Of a stretch of 32,000 nucleotides of DNA, positions 17,046 through 27,001 are shown in pieces. Under the pieces are notes generated by a model, which saw nothing but the letters and a program-made list of their open reading frames with translations, made no database searches and was not told where the DNA came from. The position numbers and the translations under genes are program-made. Origin of the DNA: Candidatus Helarchaeota ASGARD archaeon Hel_GB_B (GTDB taxonomy: Archaea; Asgardarchaeota; Lokiarchaeia; Helarchaeales; HEL-GB-B); the NCBI GenBank assembly GCA_005191425.1, contig SUPR01000033.1, positions 1,857-33,856 of the forward strand, given 5' to 3'. The stretch's first letter is position 1; each line of letters starts with the position of its first letter.

Positions 17046-18209
17046 TTGAATAGCTTAAATAACGAAAAAACGCGATTGCCAGCCAGTTTTTTTGAAATAA
17101 CAGACGAACTTATTGATAAAATAAAAAATGGATATTTTACAGATGTTTACTTTTTAAGAGCTTTAAACATAATAAACAGAGTAAAAAAAGAGAATAAAGA
17201 CTACAGACCAAGATTTTTGATGAATATTTTTTCTAGACATAAGAAGGGAAAAGCCGTAGTTTGTGGGCTGGATTATAGCATTAGATTAATTCAATCTGTA
17301 TCTTCAGGTGAAGTTGAAATCAACGCACTATATGATGGAGATATTATTGGCCCAAATGAAACGGTTATGACATTAGCAGGTCATTTGGAAGATTTTATTA
17401 CTCTTGAAACAGTTTATTTGGGGATAATAGCAAGAGCAACAAAGGTTGCTACGAGATCTTGGGAAGTAGTTGAAGCCAGCTTAGAAAAAAAAATACCGAT
17501 CTTGTTTTTTCCTGCTAGATTCGATTTATTTAGTAATCAATCTCTTGATGGATATGCAGGTCATATATCGGGAGTACTTGGAGTCAGTACAGAAGCTCAA
17601 TCAAAATGGTGGGGTGGTAAACCATTAGGGACTATACCCCATGCAATTATAGCATATTTTAAACCAGGAGAATTTGAAGGAAGATGGAAAGATTCAACTG
17701 TTGAAGCAACTAAGTGGTTTGCTAGGTTACATCCAAATGTAAATTGTATAAGTTTGGTTGATTTTGAAAATAATTGCCCTGAAACTTCTTTAAAAGTTGC
17801 GACCGCTCTTGAAGATGAAGGTCTAAACTTGTGGGGCGTTAGATTGGACACTTCTAGTTCACTTATTGATTTTTCAATTATCGAGAATGGCCAACTGGAC
17901 GCTTTTGATAAAACAGGTGTCAATCCAACCTTGGTCTGTAATGTCAGAGATATTTTAGATGACCATGGATTTACAAGAGATAAGGTTAAAATAGTGGTAT
18001 CAGGAGGATTTGATGCAGACAAAATTAGGTATTATGCAGAAAATAATGTCCCTATTGATGCAATTGGTGTTGGGAGTAGTCTATTTAAGGGTAATATAGA
18101 TTTTACTGCAGATATAGTAGCATATGAAAAGAACAACGAATGGATCTCATGTGGAAAAGTGGGTCGCCCTTATCCAAAAGATCTTACAAGACTTGAGAGA
18201 GTTGTCTAA
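17046..18209 (+). CDS. pncB: Nicotinate phosphoribosyltransferase (type II PRTase, NAD salvage)
   Basis: YFTDVYF, PARF, GTIPHA, LVDFENN, GVRLDTS, IVVSGGF, GVGSS, DFTADIV. The start is placed at TTG 17046 behind AGAGGA; the ORF-track extension to 16926 is AT-rich and motif-free. Confidence 0.85.
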   Translation: MNSLNNEKTRLPASFFEITDELIDKIKNGYFTDVYFLRALNIINRVKKENKDYRPRFLMNIFSRHKKGKAVVCGLDYSIRLIQSVSSGEVEINALYDGDIIGPNETVMTLAGHLEDFITLETVYLGIIARATKVATRSWEVVEASLEKKIPILFFPARFDLFSNQSLDGYAGHISGVLGVSTEAQSKWWGGKPLGTIPHAIIAYFKPGEFEGRWKDSTVEATKWFARLHPNVNCISLVDFENNCPETSLKVATALEDEGLNLWGVRLDTSSSLIDFSIIENGQLDAFDKTGVNPTLVCNVRDILDDHGFTRDKVKIVVSGGFDADKIRYYAENNVPIDAIGVGSSLFKGNIDFTADIVAYEKNNEWISCGKVGRPYPKDLTRLERVV

Positions 18210-19844
18210 TTGTCAATATTTGAATTAATAAGAGCTAGCGGTCTTGGTAGACTTGGTAAGTTAATTACCTCAAATGGTACTGTTTATACTCCAGAGTTAA
18301 TGCCTGTATTTAACCCAAATAAACCTTTAATCAGTACCAAGGAATTAATTAAAGAATTTAAAATTAAAATTTTGATAACGAATGCGTATATTATATATAG
18401 AACACCACACCTAAAATCAGAAGCTGAAAAAGGAATTCATAATTTAATTGAATTTCCTGGGGTAATTATGCTTGATTCAGGAGCTTATCAAGCATGGATG
18501 TATAAAAAAGATTTATCAGTTTCTAATAAAGAAATTATAGAATTCCAAGATTTACTTAGACCAAATATAGCAACTATTTTAGACATTTTCACAGATACTG
18601 ATGACTATGAAACTGCTAAAAAAGGAGTAATTGAAACTATTAATCGTGCCAAGGAATGTATTAAAGTAAGAGATCAAGATAATCAAGATATATTATGGGC
18701 TGCACCAATTCAAGGAGGAAAATTTTTAGATTTAATAGAATATTCAGCAAAAAAGTTGTCAAAACTAGACTTTAAATATCATCCTTTAGGTACTCTTGCA
18801 CCATCATTAATGAATTACGAATATCGTGGAGTATTAGATGCAATTGCAACTGCGAAACTTAATATGAATAGCTCTCGTCCGCTCCATGCCTTTTCGATTG
18901 GGCATCCAATGTTTTTTTCGTTATCTGTACTATTTGGTAGTGATTTATTTGATTCATCTTCATATGCACTATATGCTCAAAATAACAGATATATAACGAC
19001 TTTTAGGACTTTTAATCTTAATGACCTGGTTGAATTTCCATGTACATGTCCAATTTGTAGTAAATATACTCCAGAAGAATTAAAAAGAATGGACAAAGAA
19101 AATAGAATTAAAAATTTAGCAAAACATAATCTTTACGTTTGTTTAGGCGAAATGAAAATTATTAGAGAAGCAATTAGAAGGGATAAATTGTGGGAATTAG
19201 TACAATCAAGAGTTAGAGCTCATCCAAATTTAATTGATGCATATTTTTATAACCTAATGAAATATCATAAAAAAATTGAAATTTATGACACGCTTACTAA
19301 ACGCACTGCATTTTTTTACAGCGGATTAGATTCCTTATTAAGACCTGAAGTATTAAGACATAAAAAATGGCTGATTGATCGCTATAGCCCCCCGAGTGCT
19401 TCTATTTTAATAATTTTAATAGATATTATTTTTAGAACGTTAGAATCAAAATATTTTAAAGTATGGACTGAAAAAATTAAAGGAATTATCTATAATATAA
19501 ATAATTTATCTGAAAAAGATATCCATTTTTGTATTTTATCTCCAATTTTTGGTATAATACCGATAGAAATTGCAGAATCATATCCATTTTCTCAATATCT
19601 ATATCCAAATATATTTTTTGAATCACTTTCAGACCATGTGTCAAGTATCTTTAAAGATTATATAAAAGCATTCCATACAAATTATAAGAAAATCATAATT
19701 TTTTACCCAGAATTAACTTTAAAAAAGAAAGAAATTTATAAATATCCCGAAATTAAATTAGATACCCTTCCAGATGATATATTAAAAGAAAATAAGGTCT
19801 ATATTGTTAAAAATATTGAAGATATCGAAAAATTACTGACTTGA
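18210..19844 (+). CDS. tgtA: Archaeosine tRNA-guanine(15) transglycosylase
   Basis: TPELMPV, ITNAYII, MLDSGAYQ, PIQGG, DLFDSSSYALYA, Zn site CTCPIC...HNL, LWELVQSRVRAHP. C-terminal RPEVLR...FGIIPIEIAESYP region; no PUA domain recognised. Confidence 0.93.
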   Translation: MSIFELIRASGLGRLGKLITSNGTVYTPELMPVFNPNKPLISTKELIKEFKIKILITNAYIIYRTPHLKSEAEKGIHNLIEFPGVIMLDSGAYQAWMYKKDLSVSNKEIIEFQDLLRPNIATILDIFTDTDDYETAKKGVIETINRAKECIKVRDQDNQDILWAAPIQGGKFLDLIEYSAKKLSKLDFKYHPLGTLAPSLMNYEYRGVLDAIATAKLNMNSSRPLHAFSIGHPMFFSLSVLFGSDLFDSSSYALYAQNNRYITTFRTFNLNDLVEFPCTCPICSKYTPEELKRMDKENRIKNLAKHNLYVCLGEMKIIREAIRRDKLWELVQSRVRAHPNLIDAYFYNLMKYHKKIEIYDTLTKRTAFFYSGLDSLLRPEVLRHKKWLIDRYSPPSASILIILIDIIFRTLESKYFKVWTEKIKGIIYNINNLSEKDIHFCILSPIFGIIPIEIAESYPFSQYLYPNIFFESLSDHVSSIFKDYIKAFHTNYKKIIIFYPELTLKKKEIYKYPEIKLDTLPDDILKENKVYIVKNIEDIEKLLT

Positions 19845-20091
19845 TTTTAATCCAATTTATTCATTAAATAAGTTTTAAAAAAATTAAAAACAAAATTTTT
19901 AAAGCAAGTTTTTATTAAAACAAATACATTACACTATTAAATTTAATTTCTCATAAACAAAATAAATTTTTAATGTTTGTGTATTTACCTTTACATACTC
20001 TAATAATTATTAAAATCAATAATCAAAATAATTTGATTACTATAAATTAGAATTAATAATTTTTAATAATTACATTAACAGAGGTTATTAA

Positions 20092-20541
20092 ATGAGCGCA
20101 GAAAACAAATTTTATAGAGAGCTAGCTAATTTAATTGGTTCAAGAATTAAAGTCCAGACTAATTTAATTAATAATCAAGTTTATACGGGTACACTTGCTG
20201 CTTATGACCGTAATACAATGTCGCTGGTAATCCATAAAGCAGAAGACCAAGATGGGAATAAATACGAAAAAATTGTAATTTATGGACAATGGGTTCAATA
20301 TATTATAGAAACAGAGAAACCATTCGATTTAAAAGGTTTGGCTGATTCCCTTTCTAAATTATTTCCCCCTGGAGAGGTTGAATATATTGAATCTGCAGGG
20401 TCAATTATGATACTTAATAAAATTAAAGTAACTGAGGACGGAGTCCAAGGGGTTGGCCCACTGGCTGAAAGAGTACAAAGAGCTTTTGATGAATTTGTTG
20501 CTGAAAAGAAAGCAGAAAAAAAAACCAATAAAATAACTTAA
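20092..20541 (+). CDS. Lsm/Sm family RNA-binding protein with C-terminal extension (SmAP3 type)
   Basis: Sm1/Sm2 pattern (LIGSRIKVQ...YTGTLAAYD...SLVIHKA...KIVIYGQWVQYI) followed by the SmAP3-like domain PFDLKGLADSLSKLFP...IKVTEDGVQGVGPLAERV. Confidence 0.85.
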   Translation: MSAENKFYRELANLIGSRIKVQTNLINNQVYTGTLAAYDRNTMSLVIHKAEDQDGNKYEKIVIYGQWVQYIIETEKPFDLKGLADSLSKLFPPGEVEYIESAGSIMILNKIKVTEDGVQGVGPLAERVQRAFDEFVAEKKAEKKTNKIT

Positions 20542-20556
20542 TAATAGGTGTAAAAA

Positions 20557-20907
20557 ATGTTGCAATTTGAAACAAAAGTAATTAAAATTGAACCTACAGA
20601 AACTAGCGGAGTATCATTTATTTATTTCTCAAGCAATAAAGGCGAGTTAAAACTTGAATTGCCAGATAAAATAAATTATTTTACTAAAGAAGACGAAATA
20701 AAAATACGACTTGTAGATGAGGATAAACCAGAAGATGATGACAAACTTTTTGTCAAGGGATTTATATATTCAAACACAAAAACAGAGAATGATAAAAGAA
20801 TTATATTAATAAGTATTGGAGGTCTTATTTTTAAATTAGTCATGGAAGATAATTCAGAATTAACTAATCTTAAGCCAAAACGCGATATTTATATCGGCTT
20901 CAAATAA
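20557..20907 (+). CDS. rpo8: RNA polymerase subunit Rpo8 (RpoG, Rpb8 ortholog)
   Basis: Rpb8-like pattern: F-x-x-KV-x-x-I, LKLELP, FVKGFIY, ISIGGLIFKL (cf. Rpb8 SFGGLLM), IYIGF. 116 aa, next to SmAP3 and tgtA, with GGTGT upstream. Confidence 0.78.
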   Translation: MLQFETKVIKIEPTETSGVSFIYFSSNKGELKLELPDKINYFTKEDEIKIRLVDEDKPEDDDKLFVKGFIYSNTKTENDKRIILISIGGLIFKLVMEDNSELTNLKPKRDIYIGFK

Positions 20908-21512
20908 AAATAAATGAAATTTATCTGTAACATTAATTATTGTAATATTAATTATAATTACAATAAATTTGATAAACAGATGGATAATATATATTTAGTA
21001 AATTTTAAATTGGTTAATTTATTATGAAAATAAATTACTAATTTATTTAATTAAAAGTAATGGTATTTCTTTTATTTTTTATTTATCTCCTATTTAAATT
21101 TAGAAATTATACCTTAAAAGGATATGTCAAGATTTTCTGGTTTAAATTAAAAAAGAAATAATTTTATTAAATAAAAAATAAAAATTTCTAATTATCACTA
21201 AATCAGATTTAGCCAAAAATAAAATATATAACTATTTTTTAAATTTTATTTAATTTTCCATAAAATTAATAAGTATTCTATCTAATTCAACTAATTAAAC
21301 ACTTTAAAATTAATAAATTTGAAATAAAAATTCTTCAATTTTTTGTAAACTAAAAATAGAGGAAATAATGGTGAAAAAATTTTTATAAAGATTTTAAGTA
21401 CCATGAGATTGAAATTTCAAGTTTTTAGTTATACTTTTAATTTTAGAAAATTTTACATAAAAACGAATAAATTTTGAGTAATTAACATATAATATAGTAA
21501 AAAGTAAAAATA

Positions 21513-21517
21513 GGTGA
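21513..21517 (+). promoter_or_regulatory. Shine-Dalgarno motif GGTGA of the thermosome gene
   Basis: GGTGA with a 7-nt spacer to ATG 21525. The same motif precedes lig (6123-6119) and the MaoC gene (31096-31100). Confidence 0.7.
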
Positions 21518-21524
21518 CCTTAAA

Positions 21525-23213
21525 ATGAGTCAGATAGGATCACTTGGTGGCCAACCTGTAATAATTTTAAAAGAAGGTACGAATAGGACTAGAGGTAAAG
21601 ATGCATCGAGAGTTAATATAATGGCGGCAAAAGTCATAGCTGAAGCCGTTAAAAGTACTCTTGGTCCTAAAGGTATGGACAAAATGTTAGTAGATTCATT
21701 AGGTGATGTAGTGATCACGAATGATGGCGCAACGATTCTTGATGAAATCGATGTACAACATCCAGCAGCAAAAATGCTTGTCGATGTAGCAAAAACACAA
21801 GATGATGAAGTTGGTGATGGGACTACTACAGCAACTATTCTTGCAGGAGAATTGTTAAAACTTTCTGAAGATTTGTTAGATCAAGGAATTCATCCTACTA
21901 CAATAGTTAGTGGCTTGAAGAAGGGTGGAGACAAAGCTCGAGAAATTGTTGAACAAATAGCTATTGAAGTCGATATTAACGATAAAGAAATTTTGAAAAA
22001 ATGTGCAAAAACTTCAATGAATTCAAAATCTATTTCTATGGGAAAAGATTATTTCGCAGATATCGCAGTTGATGCAGTTGATCAAATAAAAGAAAAACGC
22101 GGTGATAAATGGGTAGTAGATATTGACCAAATTCAAATCCAAAAAAAGCAAGGTAAAAGCGTAATGGACACAGAATTGATTAAAGGAATAATTATTGACA
22201 AGGAAGTAGTCCATTCTGCTATGCCCAAGAAAGTTGAGAATGCAAAAATACTTCTTATTGATTCAGCGTTAGAAATTGAAAAAACAGAATTCGATGCCGA
22301 AATCAGGATAACAGACCCTGCTCAAATGCAACAATTCTTAGACGAAGAAGAACGAATGTTGAAATCAATGATTGATAAAGTAATTGAAGTAGGAGCAAAT
22401 GTGGTCTTCTGTCAAAAAGGTATTGATGATGTAGCACAACATTTCTTAGCAAAAAACAAAATCTTAGCGGTAAGAAGAGTCAAAAAATCAGATATGGAAA
22501 AATTAAAGCGTGCCACCGGAGCTAATATAATCTCAAATATCGAGGATTTAACTTCAGATGATTTAGGTAGCTCAGCAAAAGTCGAAGAGAAAAAAGTCGG
22601 CTCTGATAAGATGGTCTTTATTGAAGGCTGCAAAGACCCAAAAGCGGTCAGTATTTTAATAAGAGGCGGCGTAGAACATTTAACCGATGAAGCTGAACGT
22701 TCTCTACATGATGCATTATGCGTGGTTGCAGATATTATAGAAAATAACAAAATAGTCCCTGGGGGAGGTGCCCCAGAGATTGAAGTTGCAATGAAATTGA
22801 GAGAATTTTCAGCAAGTGTTGGAGGACGAGAACAACTGGCTATCGATCAACTAGCATCAGCATTAGAAGTAATACCAAAAACATTATCAGAAAATGCTGG
22901 GTTAGATCCTATCGATATTCTTGTAGAACTTCGAGAAAAACATAGTCAACCTTCGGGGGTAAACTATGGCGTTGATGTATTCAGTGGTAAAGCAAGTGAT
23001 ATGGTAGAAATGGGTATAATAGAACCATTAGTAATAAAACTACAAGCAATTAAATCGGCAATTGAAGCCGCCAGTATGATTCTCAGAATTGACGATGTTA
23101 TTGCAGCAAAAGCTAGTTCAGGCCCACCAGGCGGTGGTGGTGGAATGCCAGGTGGGATGCCAGGTGGAATGGGCGGAATGGGCGGCTATGGTGGAATGCC
23201 CCCTATGATGTAA
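21525..23213 (+). CDS. ths: Thermosome subunit (group II chaperonin)
   Basis: [42 protein letters not shown] and a GGM-rich C-terminal tail. Confidence 0.98.
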   Translation: MSQIGSLGGQPVIILKEGTNRTRGKDASRVNIMAAKVIAEAVKSTLGPKGMDKMLVDSLGDVVITNDGATILDEIDVQHPAAKMLVDVAKTQDDEVGDGTTTATILAGELLKLSEDLLDQGIHPTTIVSGLKKGGDKAREIVEQIAIEVDINDKEILKKCAKTSMNSKSISMGKDYFADIAVDAVDQIKEKRGDKWVVDIDQIQIQKKQGKSVMDTELIKGIIIDKEVVHSAMPKKVENAKILLIDSALEIEKTEFDAEIRITDPAQMQQFLDEEERMLKSMIDKVIEVGANVVFCQKGIDDVAQHFLAKNKILAVRRVKKSDMEKLKRATGANIISNIEDLTSDDLGSSAKVEEKKVGSDKMVFIEGCKDPKAVSILIRGGVEHLTDEAERSLHDALCVVADIIENNKIVPGGGAPEIEVAMKLREFSASVGGREQLAIDQLASALEVIPKTLSENAGLDPIDILVELREKHSQPSGVNYGVDVFSGKASDMVEMGIIEPLVIKLQAIKSAIEAASMILRIDDVIAAKASSGPPGGGGGMPGGMPGGMGGMGGYGGMPPMM

Positions 23214-23221
23214 AATATTTA

Positions 23222-23240
23222 TTTCTTTTTTTTATTATTT
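23222..23240 (+). terminator. Oligo-T tract, possible archaeal intrinsic terminator after ths
   Basis: TTTCTTTTTTTTATTATTT begins 9 nt after the stop. Evidence is weak in an AT-rich genome. Confidence 0.4.
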
Positions 23241-23744
23241 ATCTTATATTTTAGTATCAATACTGCGAAAGAACATTAATATCTTGATGGATTTTATAGC
23301 TTTTTGATAATGCTATTTATCTAAAATTCCTACTACACTATTATTGACTATTTTTTCAGTTTTAAAAAACAAACTAAATATTCTTTAAAATGAGATATTC
23401 GTTCATCTTAAATATTTCAAATTGATTAAACCACTTCAATGACTAATTTGAACAATTGATGAGCGATTTGAAAACAAGGAAATAAATTTATCAGTTATAA
23501 TTAATATAAAGAATTAAATACAAATAGATAAATCAATAAGTATAAATTTTAAAAGTTATCTGGAAGGAATTTAACATTTTACAAATTAAATATAACTTTT
23601 TAAGTCAATTAATTTTAAAAAAAATTAATTTATGAATTTAAAAAAAAGAAAATATATTATAAAATAAAAAAATTTTTGAAGAAAATTTGAATTGTTCTTT
23701 TTGATTTAAAATTATTAACATGATAAAATTAGCGGGTCAATCAA

Positions 23745-25259
23745 ATGAGTACATATGACGTTAATATTTTAGAAGTATTAAAAAATGAGAACGATTATAT
23801 TACTCCAATTGAATTAGCAATGAAAGCTAATCTAAAATTAGAGCAAGTTCAAACAATATTACCAAGATTAGAATATTATAAAGCAATAGAGATAAAAGAT
23901 GAGATTAGTGAATATATATTTTTAACAAAAGAAGGAAAAAAATATTTAGACCAAGGGTTACCTGAAATTATTTTGCTCAAATATATTTCAAAATCAGAAT
24001 GTATTTTAACAAAAGAATTAAAATCAAGTGACCTAGAAGATTTTGTTAAGAAAATCGGTATCAATTGGGCAAAAAAGAAAAATTATATTGAATTTAAAAA
24101 GAAAGACAAGGAATCTATAATTTGTTTAACTTCTCTGGGGAAGGACGTAATAAATAAAGGATCGCAAGAAGAGAAATTTATAAATTTGTTCAGATCAGTA
24201 CCTGAAATACTTACCAAAAATTTAGATAAGGAATATAATAAAATTATAAACGAATTTAGAGAGAGAGGACTTATAGATTCTAGAAGTGAAAAAAATAGAT
24301 TTGTTAAGATAAGAAAAGGAGTAAATATCGAAGATTTTAGAATTAAAGAAATAACCAGGTTAACTCAAGATATAATTAAAAATAAAGAATGGAAAAAAAG
24401 AAAAATAAAAGAGTTTGATATAAGTTTAAGTCCAAGAATTGTATATTCAGCTAAGAGGCAGCCATATCTTGAGTTTTTAGATGAAGTTAGATATTTATTA
24501 ATTGGTATGGGGTTCAAGGAATATAAAGGACCTTTTGTAGAGGCAGAGTTTTATAATTTTGATTGTTTAAATCAAGCTCAAGATCATCCAGCTAGAGAAA
24601 TTCATGACTCATATATATTAAAAAAACCAAAAGAAGCCGTTATAAAAGATATGGAATTAGTAGAAAGAGTAAAACAAACACATGAAAATGGTTGGAAAAC
24701 AAATTCGTCCGGATGGGGTTATAAATGGAGTTTTGATTTAGCGAGGAGATTAATTTTACGATCTCAGACTACAGCAGTTTCCGTACGGACTATCTTAAAA
24801 GAGAAAAAACCACCGATTAAAATGTTTACTTTAGACCGGGTATTCAGGCCTGATGTCCTTGATGCAAAACATGCTCAAGAATTTGATCAATGTGAAGGAA
24901 TTGTACTTGGGGAAAATCTGAACCTACAAAATCTTTTGGGAATTTTAAAAGAATTTGCATTTCAGTTAGGTTTTAAAGAAATTAAATTTAAACCAGGATT
25001 TTTTCCATTTACGTCTCCTAGCGTTGAAGCTTTTGTTAAACATGAAAAACTTGGGTGGATGGAAATATTAGGTTCTGGTCTTTTTAGACCAGAAGTACTT
25101 ATCCCTCTTGGAATCGATTATCCAAAAGTTCAATGCTTAGCTTGGGGAGTAGGAATTGGTAGGTTAGCTATGGTAAGATTGGGATTGAACGATATTCGCG
25201 CTTTACATTCTCAAGATCTAAATTATTTAAGAAATTCGACTATTATTATAAAAAAATAA
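23745..25259 (+). CDS. pheS: Phenylalanine--tRNA ligase alpha subunit
   Basis: N-terminal winged-helix-like extension, then QAQDHPAREIHDSY, LRSQTTAVS, RVFRPD, EFDQCEG, GFFPFTSPSVE, EILGSGLFRPEV and AWGVGIGRLAM. Confidence 0.97.
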   Translation: MSTYDVNILEVLKNENDYITPIELAMKANLKLEQVQTILPRLEYYKAIEIKDEISEYIFLTKEGKKYLDQGLPEIILLKYISKSECILTKELKSSDLEDFVKKIGINWAKKKNYIEFKKKDKESIICLTSLGKDVINKGSQEEKFINLFRSVPEILTKNLDKEYNKIINEFRERGLIDSRSEKNRFVKIRKGVNIEDFRIKEITRLTQDIIKNKEWKKRKIKEFDISLSPRIVYSAKRQPYLEFLDEVRYLLIGMGFKEYKGPFVEAEFYNFDCLNQAQDHPAREIHDSYILKKPKEAVIKDMELVERVKQTHENGWKTNSSGWGYKWSFDLARRLILRSQTTAVSVRTILKEKKPPIKMFTLDRVFRPDVLDAKHAQEFDQCEGIVLGENLNLQNLLGILKEFAFQLGFKEIKFKPGFFPFTSPSVEAFVKHEKLGWMEILGSGLFRPEVLIPLGIDYPKVQCLAWGVGIGRLAMVRLGLNDIRALHSQDLNYLRNSTIIIKK

Positions 25260-25275
25260 ATTTGAGTGATTATTA

Positions 25276-26994
25276 ATGCCAACAATAAATGTATCATGGG
25301 AAGATTTGTCCAAATTAATCTTAAAAGGACTAAATAAAAATGAGATTTCTAAATTAGCATTCGAAGTTGATGAAGATATATTTTATAAAGATGATTTGGA
25401 AGAATTAATTTTTTTAAATAAAGGGGAAGTTGAAAGCTGGAAGGATGACCAAATTGAAATAGAAGTTACAAGTGATAGAATAGATTTATTATCGACAGAA
25501 GGATTTTCAAGAGCAATTAGAGGTTTTTTGGGTATTGAAAAAGGACTTCCTACTTATAAAGTTGAAAATTCAGGTATTGATTTAATAGTTGACCCTTCTG
25601 TTAATCAAGTAAGACCATTTATTGTTTCAGGAATTGTCGAAGGAGTAGAATTTTCCGATACGCAGGTAGCACAAATAATGCAAGCACAAGAAAAATTGCA
25701 CGCAACTCACTCCAGGAACAGAAAACAGGCATCAATAGGACTCCATGATTTGGATAAGATTGTACCACCCATAACATATTGTGCTAAAAAACCTGAAGAA
25801 ATTAAATTTATACCCTTACATGAAACTAAAGAAATGAATGGAAAAGAGATACTTGAGAAAATCCCGAAGGGCAGAGAATATAAATACATAATAGAAAACG
25901 CACCAGTATATCCAATTTTACATGATTCAAAAGGGACCATATTATCATTACCACCGATAATAAATTCCGTTGATACAGCAGTTACTCCAGATACAAGAAA
26001 TCTGTTTTTCGATATTACTTGTTTAAATAAAGAAATTGCAAAATATGCACTGAACGTCTTAGTTTGTAACATTGCTGAACGAGGTGGACAAATTAAATCC
26101 GTCAACATCAAATATCCAGACCACACGGAAGTACTACCAGATTTAACGCCGAATAAAAGAGATGTCCACCTTGGTTTCGCCAATAAAGTTTTAGGTTTAA
26201 ATTTGACAATTGAAGAATTAAAAGATTTAATCCTAAGAGCTAGAATGGGCTTTAAAGAGAAAAATAAAAATACTTTAACCGTGTTAATACCTCCTTTTAG
26301 GTCAGATAACCACCATGAAATAGACATAGTTGAAAGTATTGCTATTGCTTATGGATATAACAAATTTGAGCCAAAAATACCTAAAATTGTAACAGTTGGA
26401 GAGGAAGATTCTTTTGAGAAATTTATCAGAAAAATTACATACTTTTTAATTGGTCTAGGATTTCAAGAAGTCAACAATTATATAATGACGGGTAAGGAAA
26501 TACAATTTAAAAAGATGAATATTGACGAATCTAAAACTAATTTTGTAGAAATTAGTAACCCAATTAGTTCCAGCTTTGCTATATTGAGGAACGATTTATT
26601 ACCAATCAATTTAGATTTCTTATCGAAAAATACCCACGTAAATTTACCTATAAAGATTTTTGAGATAGGAGATATAGTCGAAATTGACGAATCGCTTGAA
26701 ACTAAAACTAAACAGACCAGGCAGTTGGCTGTGCTATATACGGATTATTCTGTATCATTTGAAAATATCCAAGCAGCTTTATTTGCACTTATGAAATATT
26801 TGAATATAGATTTTAAATTAGTAAAGTTGAAGAATACCACATATATCAATGGACGCGCCGCTAATATTGTGAACAATGGTGAAATTATAGGCGATCTCGG
26901 TGAAATTTCGTTAGAAATACTTGAGAATTTTGATTTGATCAATCCAGTCGCTGCTTTTCGGTTAAATTTAACAACATTATATAAATTAATTTGA
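25276..26994 (+). CDS. pheT: Phenylalanine--tRNA ligase beta subunit (archaeal/eukaryotic type)
   Basis: MPTINV, DRIDLLSTEG, VRPFIV, QEKLH, IGLHDLD, SLPPIINS, PPFRSD...DIVESIAIAYGY, NPIS, IFEIGD. Starts 16 nt after pheS. Confidence 0.97.
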   Translation: MPTINVSWEDLSKLILKGLNKNEISKLAFEVDEDIFYKDDLEELIFLNKGEVESWKDDQIEIEVTSDRIDLLSTEGFSRAIRGFLGIEKGLPTYKVENSGIDLIVDPSVNQVRPFIVSGIVEGVEFSDTQVAQIMQAQEKLHATHSRNRKQASIGLHDLDKIVPPITYCAKKPEEIKFIPLHETKEMNGKEILEKIPKGREYKYIIENAPVYPILHDSKGTILSLPPIINSVDTAVTPDTRNLFFDITCLNKEIAKYALNVLVCNIAERGGQIKSVNIKYPDHTEVLPDLTPNKRDVHLGFANKVLGLNLTIEELKDLILRARMGFKEKNKNTLTVLIPPFRSDNHHEIDIVESIAIAYGYNKFEPKIPKIVTVGEEDSFEKFIRKITYFLIGLGFQEVNNYIMTGKEIQFKKMNIDESKTNFVEISNPISSSFAILRNDLLPINLDFLSKNTHVNLPIKIFEIGDIVEIDESLETKTKQTRQLAVLYTDYSVSFENIQAALFALMKYLNIDFKLVKLKNTTYINGRAANIVNNGEIIGDLGEISLEILENFDLINPVAAFRLNLTTLYKLI

Positions 26995-27001
26995 GATTTA
27001 A

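Noticed and set aside
23130-23210. GC-rich tandem GGMP/GGMG repeat
   Set aside because: This is the ordinary chaperonin C-terminal tail, not a separate repeat element.
253-27000. Short or antisense ORFs in the track overlapping real genes (e.g. 253-456, 653-847, 4138-4323, 5024-5212, 5346-5564, 7420-7761, 8997-14274 set, 17597-18022, 20295-20528, 21530-22750 set, 23876-24064, 25707-26327, 26745-26942)
   Set aside because: These are shadow frames of well-supported genes, with no motifs and atypical composition.
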